Positions 39,930 through 48,946 of a stretch of DNA of 64,000 bases are shown here, in pieces. This stretch comes from Betaproteobacteria bacterium (GTDB taxonomy: Bacteria > Pseudomonadota > Gammaproteobacteria > Burkholderiales > SG8-41). The notes under the pieces were generated by a model. It worked only from the letters and a program-made list of their open reading frames with translations. It did no database searches and was not told the DNA's origin. The DNA is taken from NCBI GenBank assembly GCA_052389535.1, contig JBQTHU010000061.1, forward strand, positions 15,132-79,131. Direction: 5' to 3'. Positions within the stretch are counted from its first letter, which is position 1. Every line of letters begins with the position of its first letter. The translations under genes were made by a program, and so were the position numbers.

Positions 39930-40442
39930 ATGGACGCATGGAGCGTTGACTGGGCGCGTCTGTTCGTCCCGAGCGGCTCCGTGGCCGAGGTGATCGTTCG
40001 GGCGAGCGTACTTTTTCTCGTGCTGTTCTTCATCCTGCGGTTGCTTCCGCGCCGCCAGATAGGATCGCTGGGCGTATCGGATCTGCTGGTGATCGTGCTC
40101 ATAGCCGATGCGGCGCAGAACGGCCTCTCGGGCGAGTACAAGTCGATCACCGAGGGAGTGGTGCTGGTCGCCACGATACTGTTCTGGAACGGGGTGATCG
40201 ATACGGTCGATTACCGGTTTCCCGAACTCGGCGTCAACGGCAGTGCCCCGCGCTTGGTGGTGAGCAACGGCCGCCTGATGCGCAAGAACATGCAAAAGGA
40301 GGAGTTGTCTGAGGAACAACTGATGAGCCATTTGCGACAGCAGGGCGTAGACGATCTTACGCTCGTCGCAAGAGCGTACGTCGAAAGCGACGGCCGCATC
40401 AGCGTCATCAAGGCAAACCGGCGTCGTCGCCGGTCCGCGTGA
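39930..40442 (+). CDS. DUF421 (YetF) membrane protein
   Basis: RRQIGSLGVSDLLVIVLIADAAQN, LRQQGV, ESDGRISVI. Confidence 0.9.
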   Translation: MDAWSVDWARLFVPSGSVAEVIVRASVLFLVLFFILRLLPRRQIGSLGVSDLLVIVLIADAAQNGLSGEYKSITEGVVLVATILFWNGVIDTVDYRFPELGVNGSAPRLVVSNGRLMRKNMQKEELSEEQLMSHLRQQGVDDLTLVARAYVESDGRISVIKANRRRRRSA

Positions 40443-40466
40443 ATTCACATCGAAAGGAGACGAGTC

Positions 40467-40670
40467 ATGAACTGGGACCGCATCAAGGGCAACTGGAAGC
40501 AGTTTAAGGGCAGGGCGAAGGAGCAATGGGGAAAGCTGACGGATGATGATCTGGACCGCATCGACGGTCAGCGCGAGCAGCTCGCCGGCAAGATCCAGGA
40601 GACCTACGGCATCGGCAAGGACGAGGCCGAACGGCAACTGAGCGACTGGGAGCGCACTCTGGAGCGTTAG
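40467..40670 (+). CDS. CsbD family general stress protein (YjbJ-like)
   Basis: MNWDRIKGNWKQFKGRAKEQWGKLTDDDL; AAGGAG RBS. Confidence 0.95.
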   Translation: MNWDRIKGNWKQFKGRAKEQWGKLTDDDLDRIDGQREQLAGKIQETYGIGKDEAERQLSDWERTLER

Positions 40671-40801
40671 GGTACGCCCCCCTCGGCGCCGTTATCGACT
40701 TCGAAGCTCAACGTCGGGCGGGCCGCGCGCCCCACCCTCGGATTAACCGGGTGGACGCGGTCTGAACGGTGTGAGGTGCGCGCAGGTGCGGCGAGCGCAA
40801 G

Positions 40802-40817
40802 AGCAGTACTTGTGCCA
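40802..40817 (-). promoter_or_regulatory. Sigma54 -24/-12 promoter on the minus strand
   Basis: Minus strand reads TGGCACAAGTACTGCT; GG and GC exactly 12 nt apart. Confidence 0.6.
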
Positions 40818-40870
40818 CTTCACACAGGAACCTCCTACTTGCCTGGTATCTAATCCGACATGCAGGTGAT

Positions 40871-42001
40871 ATGGGACGCGCGCGCGCTGTGGCGCCGGCC
40901 GGTGTGCCGGGTGTCGCTGTGATCTCCGACGGCGGCGCGGCCGGCTGGCTCGAAGTCCTGTCGCGCATCATGAACGTCGGGATGCTCGTGGTCGGTCGCA
41001 CCGGCAGCGTGGAGTTCGCGAGCAACATGGCGCTCGAGCTACTCGCTTGCAAGGATCGAAAGCAGCTGCAGGAGCGCTGGCCTGAACTGCGCCGCCTGCT
41101 GCAGCTCGGAAGTGCTGCTTCGGCCGGCAAGCAGAGACGCGCAAGCGTGGAACTGCCGCAGGCGGGCGGCGTGCGCTTTCTGCGACTTGAACTGCACGCG
41201 CCGCCGGGCGCAACTCCCGGCGGCTGCCTCGTGCTCCTGCGCGACCGGCAGGCCGCGGATGCGCTCGAGACCGACTTGCTGCTCGCGAGCCGGATGCGTT
41301 CGCTCGTGCACGTCTACCGCGTGCTCGCGCACGATCTGAAGGCACCGCTCAACGCGATGCAGCTTACGCTCGAGTTGCTGGCCGACTCCAGCGCATATGA
41401 CGATGCGCTTGACGGTGCAGCCCGGCGCAGGCGGCACGTGGAAGTGTTGAGGGAAGAGCTTGCGCGGCTGAACCGCATTCTTCAGACGATGCTCGACCGC
41501 AAGGAGCCGCTGGAGATGCTGCGGCAGCGCTTCGACCTGCGCGAGGTGATCCGCGAAATCGTCGTGCTGCTCGCTCCGCAGGCACGCGGGCAGCGCGTGG
41601 ACCTGCGCATACTGCTGCCGGACAACGCGGTCTGGCTGCACGGGTACCGGGACCGGATCAAGCAGGCGCTGCTCAACATCGCGATCAACGGGCTGGAGGC
41701 CATGCCGGGCGGCGGGCGGCTCGAGTTGTACCTCAGCGCGGGTGACACGGAACTCAGCGTGAGGATCACGGATACGGGCTCGGGAATTCCCGACGAGCTG
41801 CTCGAAGCGGTCGAGCAGATTTACTTTACGACCAAAAGCGAGGGCAGCGGCATCGGCCTGTACGTGGCGCGGCTGGTGGTCGAGTCCCATGGAGGACAAA
41901 TGGCCGTGCAGAGCAGGACAGGTGCGGGAACGACGTTCACGGTCACGCTGCCGTTGCACAGCGAAATGCCGGCAAGCACGGCGGCTGGAGGGCTGTCATG
42001 A
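40871..42001 (+). CDS. Cytoplasmic sensor histidine kinase
   Basis: H-box AHDLKAPL, N-box NIAINGLEAM, DTGSGI, GSGIGL; no TM segment. Confidence 0.9.
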   Translation: MGRARAVAPAGVPGVAVISDGGAAGWLEVLSRIMNVGMLVVGRTGSVEFASNMALELLACKDRKQLQERWPELRRLLQLGSAASAGKQRRASVELPQAGGVRFLRLELHAPPGATPGGCLVLLRDRQAADALETDLLLASRMRSLVHVYRVLAHDLKAPLNAMQLTLELLADSSAYDDALDGAARRRRHVEVLREELARLNRILQTMLDRKEPLEMLRQRFDLREVIREIVVLLAPQARGQRVDLRILLPDNAVWLHGYRDRIKQALLNIAINGLEAMPGGGRLELYLSAGDTELSVRITDTGSGIPDELLEAVEQIYFTTKSEGSGIGLYVARLVVESHGGQMAVQSRTGAGTTFTVTLPLHSEMPASTAAGGLS

Positions 42002-42231
42002 AGACATCGAAAGAAGGCGATCTCGAGCAGCGCAAGCTGGACGAGCTGAAGCGCGAGTTCCGCTACTGGTGGGGAACGCTGAGCCGGGACGAGATGTTGC
42101 GGCTTGCCGGCAAGCGTGACGAGCTGCTCCTGCTGCTTCACGAAAAATACGGCTATGCCCATCATGAGGCGCAGGCCGAAATCGATCGTGCATTGAAGGA
42201 TCTAGACCCCAGGGTTCATCGCGGAGCATGA
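41998..42231 (+). CDS. Divergent CsbD-like small protein
   Basis: WGTLSRDE...AGKRDEL...LHEKYGYAHHEAQAEID aligns with the CsbD core; GGAGG RBS; ATGA overlap with the kinase. Confidence 0.7.
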   Translation: MKTSKEGDLEQRKLDELKREFRYWWGTLSRDEMLRLAGKRDELLLLLHEKYGYAHHEAQAEIDRALKDLDPRVHRGA

Positions 42232-42314
42232 CGTTGGTAAGTATTACAGCGCGGCCCGCAAATCGTGCACGGCGAAACCGGCGACGTGAGGCGGGCTGCC
42301 GCCGGCACCGCGAG

Positions 42315-42330
42315 CGGCATGGAAATTGCT
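42315..42330 (+). promoter_or_regulatory. Sigma54 -24/-12 promoter of the DUF883 gene
   Basis: CGGCATGGAAATTGCT matches YGGCAYG-N4-TTGCW; 41 nt upstream of the ATG. Confidence 0.7.
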
Positions 42331-42371
42331 CGCTGGCTGTTCAGGGAGTTCACTGATTGCAGGAGGCGCGC

Positions 42372-42674
42372 ATGAGAAACACGTTGCTCGGATCCGGTTC
42401 TGCGAGGCACGCCGACAAGGTCATTACGGGCTTGAACGAAATGGCCGCCAAGGCGCAGGATCTACTACGGGAGGTGAGTTCGGATATCGGCGACCGGGTC
42501 GATGATACGACCTCGCGGCTCGCGGATGCGGGTGCGAAGGCATCCGACCGCGCACGGTACGCCATCAGCGCGACCGACGACTACGTGCGCGAGAATCCGT
42601 GGAAAGTGCTCGGCGTGGGCCTTGCGCTGGGCGCAATACTGGCGGCGATGCTATTCAATCGGCGGGATACGTAG
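42372..42674 (+). CDS. DUF883 / ElaB-YqjD family tail-anchored protein
   Basis: TDDYVRENPWK followed by a C-terminal TM and RR; AGGAGG RBS. Confidence 0.9.
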   Translation: MRNTLLGSGSARHADKVITGLNEMAAKAQDLLREVSSDIGDRVDDTTSRLADAGAKASDRARYAISATDDYVRENPWKVLGVGLALGAILAAMLFNRRDT

Positions 42675-42681
42675 CCGCGTC

Positions 42682-43569
42682 TCATTCGGCGACGAGACCA
42701 TTGCGGCCCCCGGCCCGCCGCGCACGATACATCAGGTCGTCAGCGCGGCGCACCAGAGCATCGGCGTCATCGTCACCGTTGTATTCGCAGACGCCAAAGC
42801 TGCACGTGACCCGGGCGACCGTATCGAAGCTCGCGGAGCCGATGCGGGCGCGCAGCCTTTCGGCAAGCGTAGATGCGCGCTGGCCGGTCGTATTCGGGGC
42901 GATGATGAGAAATTCCTCGCCGCTGTAGCGCGCCAGGCGGTCGAGCCCGCGCAGTTCCTCGCGCACCAGTTCGGTGATCGCAACCAGCACGCGGTCGCCA
43001 GCCACGTGCCCATGGTCGTCGTTGATGTCCTTGAAATGATCGACGTCGAACATGATGACGGAGAGCGAGCCGCCGTGCCGGCGCAGCCGGTGAATCTCGC
43101 CCTCGAGAAAGTCGTAGAGCGCTCTGCGGTTGTAAGCGTTGGTGAGCGGATCGCGGTCCACCATGCCGCGCAGCTGATCCTCGACACGCTTGCGCTCGGT
43201 GATGTCGTGGTGAACCATGATAGCGCCCGCCACGCGGCCCTCCGCATCCGGGATGGGCAGCGCTGAATTGAGTATGGTCTTGCGAGAGCCGTCTGCAGAC
43301 TCGATCTCCAGTTCTTCATTCACGGAAATGTCGCCCGAGCGTATCGCCCGCACCACGGCCCATTCTTCGCTCGCGATCCGTTTGCCGCTCCCGACCCACC
43401 AGCCCTTGTACTGCGGGAGCGCATTGGTTCCCTGCGAAGCGCTGCCCCAGATGCGTTGTCCGGCAGGATTGCCATAGACGATCTTCCCCGCCTGATCGAC
43501 GATCCAGACGCCCACCGGCAGGATATCGATCACTTTCCGCAACACGTCGATGCGATCCAGTAGCGACAT
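42682..43569 (-). CDS. PAS-GGDEF diguanylate cyclase
   Basis: PAS domain; DPLT, DVDHFKDIND, RGLD I-site, SGEEF active-site variant; GGAGGAG RBS. Confidence 0.88.
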   Translation of the reverse strand: MSLLDRIDVLRKVIDILPVGVWIVDQAGKIVYGNPAGQRIWGSASQGTNALPQYKGWWVGSGKRIASEEWAVVRAIRSGDISVNEELEIESADGSRKTILNSALPIPDAEGRVAGAIMVHHDITERKRVEDQLRGMVDRDPLTNAYNRRALYDFLEGEIHRLRRHGGSLSVIMFDVDHFKDINDDHGHVAGDRVLVAITELVREELRGLDRLARYSGEEFLIIAPNTTGQRASTLAERLRARIGSASFDTVARVTCSFGVCEYNGDDDADALVRRADDLMYRARRAGGRNGLVAE

Positions 43570-43677
43570 CTCCTCCCCCCATGAGTGGAAAACGGCGTTC
43601 GTATGATGCGGAATATCGTGCGCTTCCCCTGCCGCCATTGCAACCGGCGGCTCGAAAACCGCCAGTCGATGCCGCCG

Positions 43678-45459
43678 CTAGCGCTCAGCCGCCCACGAAT
43701 CGCGCAGCGACACCGTGCGGTTGAAAACCGGCCGCTCCGGCAGTGAATCGCGCATGTCCGCCACGAAGTAACCGTGGCGTTCGAACTGAAAGCGCGCCTC
43801 CGGCGCGACGTCGTTCAGCGCGGGCTCGAGCTGTGCGGTGAACACTCTTCTCGAGCCGGGATTGAGGTCTTCGAGGAACGAGCGCTCGCTGCCGGGACGA
43901 GGCACTTTGAACAGCCGATCGTAAAGGCGCACCTCGGCACGGCAGGCGTGCCGTACCGAGAGCCAGTGGATGTTTCCCTTGACCTTCACCTTGTCGGCCC
44001 CGGGGGAACCGGAGCGGGTCCCGGAATCGTACTCGCAGTGGACGGCGATGATATTTCCCTGCGCATCCTTTTCCACGTGCGTGCACGTGACGACGTAGGC
44101 ATAGCGCAACCGCACGCGATTGCCCGGGAAAAGGCGGAAGTACCCCGACGGGGGGGACTCCATGAAATCCTCTCGCTCGATCCACAGCTCACGCGCAAAA
44201 GGCGCGGCGCGCCCGCCGAGTTCCGCGCGCCGGGGGTGATTGGGCGCCTGGCATTCCTCTTCCCGGTCGTCTGGATAGTTGTCGATCACCAACCTGATGG
44301 GGTCGAGCACCGCGATGCGCCGCTGCGCGGTCTCATTGAGATGCGTGCGCATGCAGTCTTCCAGCACGGAGTAATCGATCCACGAGTCGGCCTTGGCCAC
44401 ACCGATCCGCTCCGCGAACAGACGAAAGCCCTCGGGGGTGTAGCCGCGGCGGCGCGCGCCAACCAGCGTGGGCATGCGCGGATCGTCCCATCCCTCCACA
44501 TGGCCCTCCTCGACGAGCTGTATCAAGCGCCGCTTGGACAGCACGACATAGGTGAGGTTGAGCCGCGCGAACTCGATCTGCTGCGGCAGCGGGCGGAGCA
44601 GCAGCCCGCCGTCGGCGAGACGCTCCAGCAGCCAATCGTAGAACGGCCGCTGATCCTCGAACTCGAGCGTGCAGAGCGAGTGCGTCACGTTCTCCAGCGC
44701 GTCCTCGATCGGGTGGGCGTAGGTGTACATGGGGTAGACGCACCACGCGTCGCCGGTGCGGTGGTGAGCGGTTTTCCGGATGCGGTATATGACGGGATCG
44801 CGCAGGTTGATGTTGGGCGAGGCCATGTCGATCTTTGCCCGCAGCACCATGCTGCCTTCGGCGTGCCGGCCCGCGCGCATCTCGCGTAAAAGGCGCAGAT
44901 TTTCGTCCGCCGATCGGTCACGCCACGGACTGTCGCGCCCCGCCTCGGAGAGCGTCCCGCGCGCAATGCGTATTTCTTCCGCTGTCTGCTCATCCACGTA
45001 GGCGTGCCCCGCCCTGATCAGGTGCTCGGCCGCCTGGTACATGAAGTCGAAATAATCGCTCGCGTAATACAGATGCGGCCCCCAGTCAAAACCGAGCCAC
45101 TTTACCGATGCGAGTATCGAGTCCACATACTCGCGCTCTTCCTTCTCCGGATTGGTGTCATCGAACCGCATGTGGCACGCGCCGCCATACTCCTGCGCCA
45201 GGCCGAAATTGAGACATATCGACTTGGCGTGGCCGATGTGCAGGTAACCGTTCGGTTCGGGCGGAAAGCGGGTGCGTATACGCGCGGGGTCGCCGGGCGC
45301 GCCGCCTTGCACGGCCGCCGGACCGGGCCGTCCGGCCCACGTGCGCCCGGCATAGTTGCCGCGCGCAAGGTCGTGCTCTATCGCAGCGCGTATGAAATTG
45401 GAGACTGCGGGCGCCTGGGGCGGTGGCCTTGCGGGTTTGCGGGTAGGGTTTTCCGGCAT
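43678..45459 (-). CDS. glnS: Glutamine--tRNA ligase
   Basis: RFPPEPNGYLHIGHAKSICLNFG, VLSKR, QFERHGYF. Confidence 0.96.
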   Translation of the reverse strand: MPENPTRKPARPPPQAPAVSNFIRAAIEHDLARGNYAGRTWAGRPGPAAVQGGAPGDPARIRTRFPPEPNGYLHIGHAKSICLNFGLAQEYGGACHMRFDDTNPEKEEREYVDSILASVKWLGFDWGPHLYYASDYFDFMYQAAEHLIRAGHAYVDEQTAEEIRIARGTLSEAGRDSPWRDRSADENLRLLREMRAGRHAEGSMVLRAKIDMASPNINLRDPVIYRIRKTAHHRTGDAWCVYPMYTYAHPIEDALENVTHSLCTLEFEDQRPFYDWLLERLADGGLLLRPLPQQIEFARLNLTYVVLSKRRLIQLVEEGHVEGWDDPRMPTLVGARRRGYTPEGFRLFAERIGVAKADSWIDYSVLEDCMRTHLNETAQRRIAVLDPIRLVIDNYPDDREEECQAPNHPRRAELGGRAAPFARELWIEREDFMESPPSGYFRLFPGNRVRLRYAYVVTCTHVEKDAQGNIIAVHCEYDSGTRSGSPGADKVKVKGNIHWLSVRHACRAEVRLYDRLFKVPRPGSERSFLEDLNPGSRRVFTAQLEPALNDVAPEARFQFERHGYFVADMRDSLPERPVFNRTVSLRDSWAAER

Positions 45460-45518
45460 CGCGAATATCGACAACAAAGCGCCATTCTAGCGGAGCGGTT
45501 CGACCTGTCGCGAACGCG

Positions 45519-45872
45519 CTATCGGCGTACTTGCGCGGTTCTAATCCGGCGCTCCACGGCCTTCCGTCTCGAACGGCTCACCCGCCAGGCGCTTGCGCCA
45601 CGGCGGCTGCTAACGGCATGTGCCAGCTTGTCGCCGATGTAGTGCAGCGCTGCGCCATCGTCGGCCGCTACGCCGGGAAGCACCTCGCCGCGCGCGACGA
45701 GCCGGCGAAACGTCGGCCTGCGCTGCGCCTCGCCATCGTAGTGCGGACAGCAGCTTCCCGGTAGTAATCCCATGCACCCCATGGCCGTGAGCGGTCCGGC
45801 GATCGAATCGGTGATGCCCTGCTCGAACCAGCAGATGGCGCCGGCGCTGACGCCGCCGAGCACGACACCGCT
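45519..45872 (-). pseudogene. Peptidase E (S51) C-terminal fragment; 5' half absent
   Basis: GVVLGGVSAGAICWFE, SCCPHYD, AADDGAALH; family-like sequence stops upstream of about 45872, with only about 100 bp left before birA. Confidence 0.75.
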
Positions 45873-45976
45873 TGTTGCGCGCGCGGCCCGATGCGCAGTG
45901 TAGACAGTGCACGTACGCCTCGTCCACCGCGCCCTGTGACGCGCCGCTCGCCGTGCAGGTATCATTCGGCGACCCG

Positions 45977-46981
45977 ATGAAGCCGCTGACTTATCGCGTA
46001 CTGCAGTCGCTCGCCCCGGGCGGATTCCGTTCCGGCGCCGCCCTGGCGCAGGCCATGGGCGTATCGAGAGGCAGCATCTGGCACGCGATCCGGGAACTCG
46101 AAGAGGCCGGGCTGGGTGTCTATCGTGTGCGCGGCCGCGGCTACCGGCTGGAACAGCCGGTTTCCCTGCTCGACGCCGGGTCGGTGAAAAAGCTGCTCGG
46201 GGCGCATGCCGGCTCGCTCGCCCTGGAGTTCGCAAGCGCTGCCGAGTCCACCAGTACGCTCGCCATGCGACGGGCGCGCGAGGGCGCCCCGAGCGGCACG
46301 GTGATCGCCGCCGAATGGCAGACCGCAGGGCGTGGCCGGCATGGGCGGCCGTGGCACGTCGCTCTTGCGGGTGGACTCATTTTCTCGCTGGTGTGGCGCT
46401 TTGCGCAGGGCGCCGGAGTACTGTCCGGATTGAGTCTTGCGACGGGTGTCGCCGTGGTGCGGGCGGTCCGGTCATTCGGTGCAAGCGACGCGGGGCTCAA
46501 GTGGCCTAACGATGTGGTATGGCGCGGGCGCAAGCTCGCCGGCGTTCTCATCGAGATGCAGGGCGACGCGCTGGGTCCGACCTGCGCTGTGATCGGCATT
46601 GGCATCAACGTGAGGCTTTCGGCCGCGGTGCGCGCCCGCATCGATCAGCCGGCCGCCGACATGGAGAGCGCATGCGGGGCACCGGTCGACAGAAACGCGG
46701 TGCTGGCGCGGTTGCTGCTCGAACTCGCTGCCGTGCTGGCGCGCTTCGAAGGCGAAAGCTTCGGCCCTTTGCGCGCCGAATGGCAGCGCTACCACGCCTG
46801 GCAGGAACGCGCGGTCACCGTTTCGCTGCCCGACGGGCGAACCGAAAGCGGCGTGGCGCGCGGCGTGGATCAGGCGGGCGCATTGATCCTGTCCACCCGC
46901 AACGGCGTGCGGCACTATCACAGCGGCGAGGTCAGCCTGAGATTGCGGCGCTCGCCGTCGCGTGCAGGTGCGCGCAGGTGA
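45977..46981 (+). CDS. birA: Bifunctional biotin--[acetyl-CoA-carboxylase] ligase/repressor
   Basis: N-terminal HTH, QTAGRGRHGR, KWPND, KLAGVLIE, GIGINV. Confidence 0.94.
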   Translation: MKPLTYRVLQSLAPGGFRSGAALAQAMGVSRGSIWHAIRELEEAGLGVYRVRGRGYRLEQPVSLLDAGSVKKLLGAHAGSLALEFASAAESTSTLAMRRAREGAPSGTVIAAEWQTAGRGRHGRPWHVALAGGLIFSLVWRFAQGAGVLSGLSLATGVAVVRAVRSFGASDAGLKWPNDVVWRGRKLAGVLIEMQGDALGPTCAVIGIGINVRLSAAVRARIDQPAADMESACGAPVDRNAVLARLLLELAAVLARFEGESFGPLRAEWQRYHAWQERAVTVSLPDGRTESGVARGVDQAGALILSTRNGVRHYHSGEVSLRLRRSPSRAGARR

Positions 46982-47709
46982 AGGTGCTGGCAATCGACGC
47001 CGGAAATACCCGCATCAAGTGGGGTGTTGCGGACGAGCGGCGCTGGTTGCAGCTCGCTACGCTGGCGACCGCAGAAGCAGGCGCGTTACACGAAGCGCTC
47101 GCCGGCATTGCAAGACCGGACTGCATCGTTGTTTCCAATGTCGCCGGTAGCGCGGTCGGGACGCATCTCGAGGCCGTGCTCGCCCCGCTGCAGGCATCGT
47201 TGCACTGGGTGCGAGGCGCTGCGCAGCAGTGCGGCGTGCGCAGCAGTTACGCGGATCCCGCGCAACTGGGCCCGGACCGCTGGGCGGCCCTGATCGCGGC
47301 GCGAGACCTGTTCAGCGGCCCCTGTGTCATCGTTAATGCCGGCACCGCCATGACTGTTGATGCGTTATCCGGCGAGGGATTGTTTCTCGGCGGGTTCATC
47401 GTTCCCGGCGTGAAACTCATGCACGCTGCGCTGGCCTCCGGCACGGCTCATCTCAAAGGCGGCGCCGGTCACTTCAGCTATTTTCCCAGCAACACGGCCG
47501 ATGCCATCGTGAGCGGCGGCATCCACGCGCTCGCGGGCGCGGTGGAAAGAATGGCCCGGTTCATGGCGCATACCGGTGAAGGCGAAGCGCTGGTGGTACT
47601 GTCCGGCGGCGACGCCCAAGTGCTCGCCTCACAGCTTAACGCCCGCGTTGAGGTCGTGGATAATCTGGTGCTCGAAGGCCTGCTGTGCATTGCCTGCGAG
47701 TCCGGGTGA
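46978..47709 (+). CDS. coaX: Type III pantothenate kinase
   Basis: IDAGNTRIKW, LGPDRW, GTAMTVD; GTG start overlaps the birA stop. Confidence 0.93.
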   Translation: MKVLAIDAGNTRIKWGVADERRWLQLATLATAEAGALHEALAGIARPDCIVVSNVAGSAVGTHLEAVLAPLQASLHWVRGAAQQCGVRSSYADPAQLGPDRWAALIAARDLFSGPCVIVNAGTAMTVDALSGEGLFLGGFIVPGVKLMHAALASGTAHLKGGAGHFSYFPSNTADAIVSGGIHALAGAVERMARFMAHTGEGEALVVLSGGDAQVLASQLNARVEVVDNLVLEGLLCIACESG

Positions 47710-47722
47710 GACCGGCCGAACC

Positions 47723-48406
47723 ATGCGTACCGTCTTTCTGCTGCTCCTGCTCGCGAATCTCGCATTCTTTGCCTACGGTTCGATGGTGCGTGACCGTGCG
47801 CAAGCGCATCCGGCAGTCGAGCACCTGCAGCTCCATCCCGGAAAAATCCGCCTTATCGCGCCCGGGGATAAAGCACCGGCTGCTCCGAGGGAGCCGGCCG
47901 CATCCACGCCGGCGGTCGCAGTGGCATGCCTGGAATGGGGCGCGGTCGCGGGCGCTGACGTGGGACGTGCCGACGCCGCGATCGCCGTGCTCAACCTGCC
48001 CGAATCGCGCATTCAGCGCACCGTGCTCGACGCGGGCGGCTACTGGGTCTATCTGCCGCCGGCGAAAGCCAAGACGCAACTCGAGCGCAATCTCGCTGAG
48101 CTTTCCGCTCTGGGCGTCATGGATCACTTCGTGGTGCAGGATCCGACACCATGGCGCAACGCCATATCGCTCGGCATATTCAAGACCGAGGAGGCGGCAA
48201 AGGGCTTTCTCGCCGCGCTTCAGGCGAAAGGCGTGAAGACCGCCGTGGTCGGCCGGCGGGAAAACTTCCTCAGGCAGATCGCGTACTTCGTGCGCGAGCC
48301 GGACGCGGCGACGGTCGCGCGGCTTGCAGAGCTGCAGCGCGAATTTCCGGGAACGCAGATGAAGGCGGTGCCCTGTCCGGGGCCGACCGCTGCGCTATCG
48401 CCTTAA
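47723..48406 (+). CDS. SPOR domain protein
   Basis: MRTVFLLLLLANL anchor, YWVYLPP, NAISLGIF; usual position after coaX. Confidence 0.82.
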   Translation: MRTVFLLLLLANLAFFAYGSMVRDRAQAHPAVEHLQLHPGKIRLIAPGDKAPAAPREPAASTPAVAVACLEWGAVAGADVGRADAAIAVLNLPESRIQRTVLDAGGYWVYLPPAKAKTQLERNLAELSALGVMDHFVVQDPTPWRNAISLGIFKTEEAAKGFLAALQAKGVKTAVVGRRENFLRQIAYFVREPDAATVARLAELQREFPGTQMKAVPCPGPTAALSP

Positions 48407-48912
48407 CCGGCTTTCGAGCGTGACAGTTTTTCGACCAGCGCGGTGGTCGAGCGCGCGTGCTCGAACGGGATCGCGTGCACGGTTCCGCCCCAGCCCAGCA
48501 CTTCTTTCCCCCCGACGATAGCCTCGGAGGCCCAGTCGCCACCTTTGACCAGGACATCCGGCCGCAGGCCGAGGATGAGCTGCAGCGGCGTCGCTTCGTC
48601 GAACCAGGTGACCAGGTCCACCGCGCTCAACGCCGCCACCACCGCCACGCGATCGGCAAGCGGGTTGAGCGGGCGCTCCGGCCCCTTGCCGAGGCGCTTC
48701 GCCGATGCATCGGAGTTGAGCGCAACCACCAGACTCGCGCCGAGTTCGCGCGCGCGAGAGAGACATGTCACGTGTCCGCGATGAAGCAGATCGAACACGC
48801 CGTTCGTGAAAACGAGCGGGCGCGCAAGTCCGGGCAGACGCTGCGAAAGGGCTGCCGGTTCGCATATCTTGCGTTCGAAATCGGGCGGATTGGGCACGCT
48901 GTGCCGCAGCAT
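48403..48912 (-). CDS. rfaE2: D-glycero-beta-D-manno-heptose 1-phosphate adenylyltransferase
   Basis: FTNGVFDLLHRGH, NSDAS, KGPERP, VKGGDW. Confidence 0.92.
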   Translation of the reverse strand: MLRHSVPNPPDFERKICEPAALSQRLPGLARPLVFTNGVFDLLHRGHVTCLSRARELGASLVVALNSDASAKRLGKGPERPLNPLADRVAVVAALSAVDLVTWFDEATPLQLILGLRPDVLVKGGDWASEAIVGGKEVLGWGGTVHAIPFEHARSTTALVEKLSRSKAG

Positions 48913-48946
48913 GGCAGTCAGGCAGCGCCGGTGCGCCGGAACGCCT

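Noticed and set aside
45290-45360. Insertion in the GlnS N-terminus (GRTWAGRPGPAAVQGGAPGD)
   Set aside because: Similar insertions are common in betaproteobacterial GlnS
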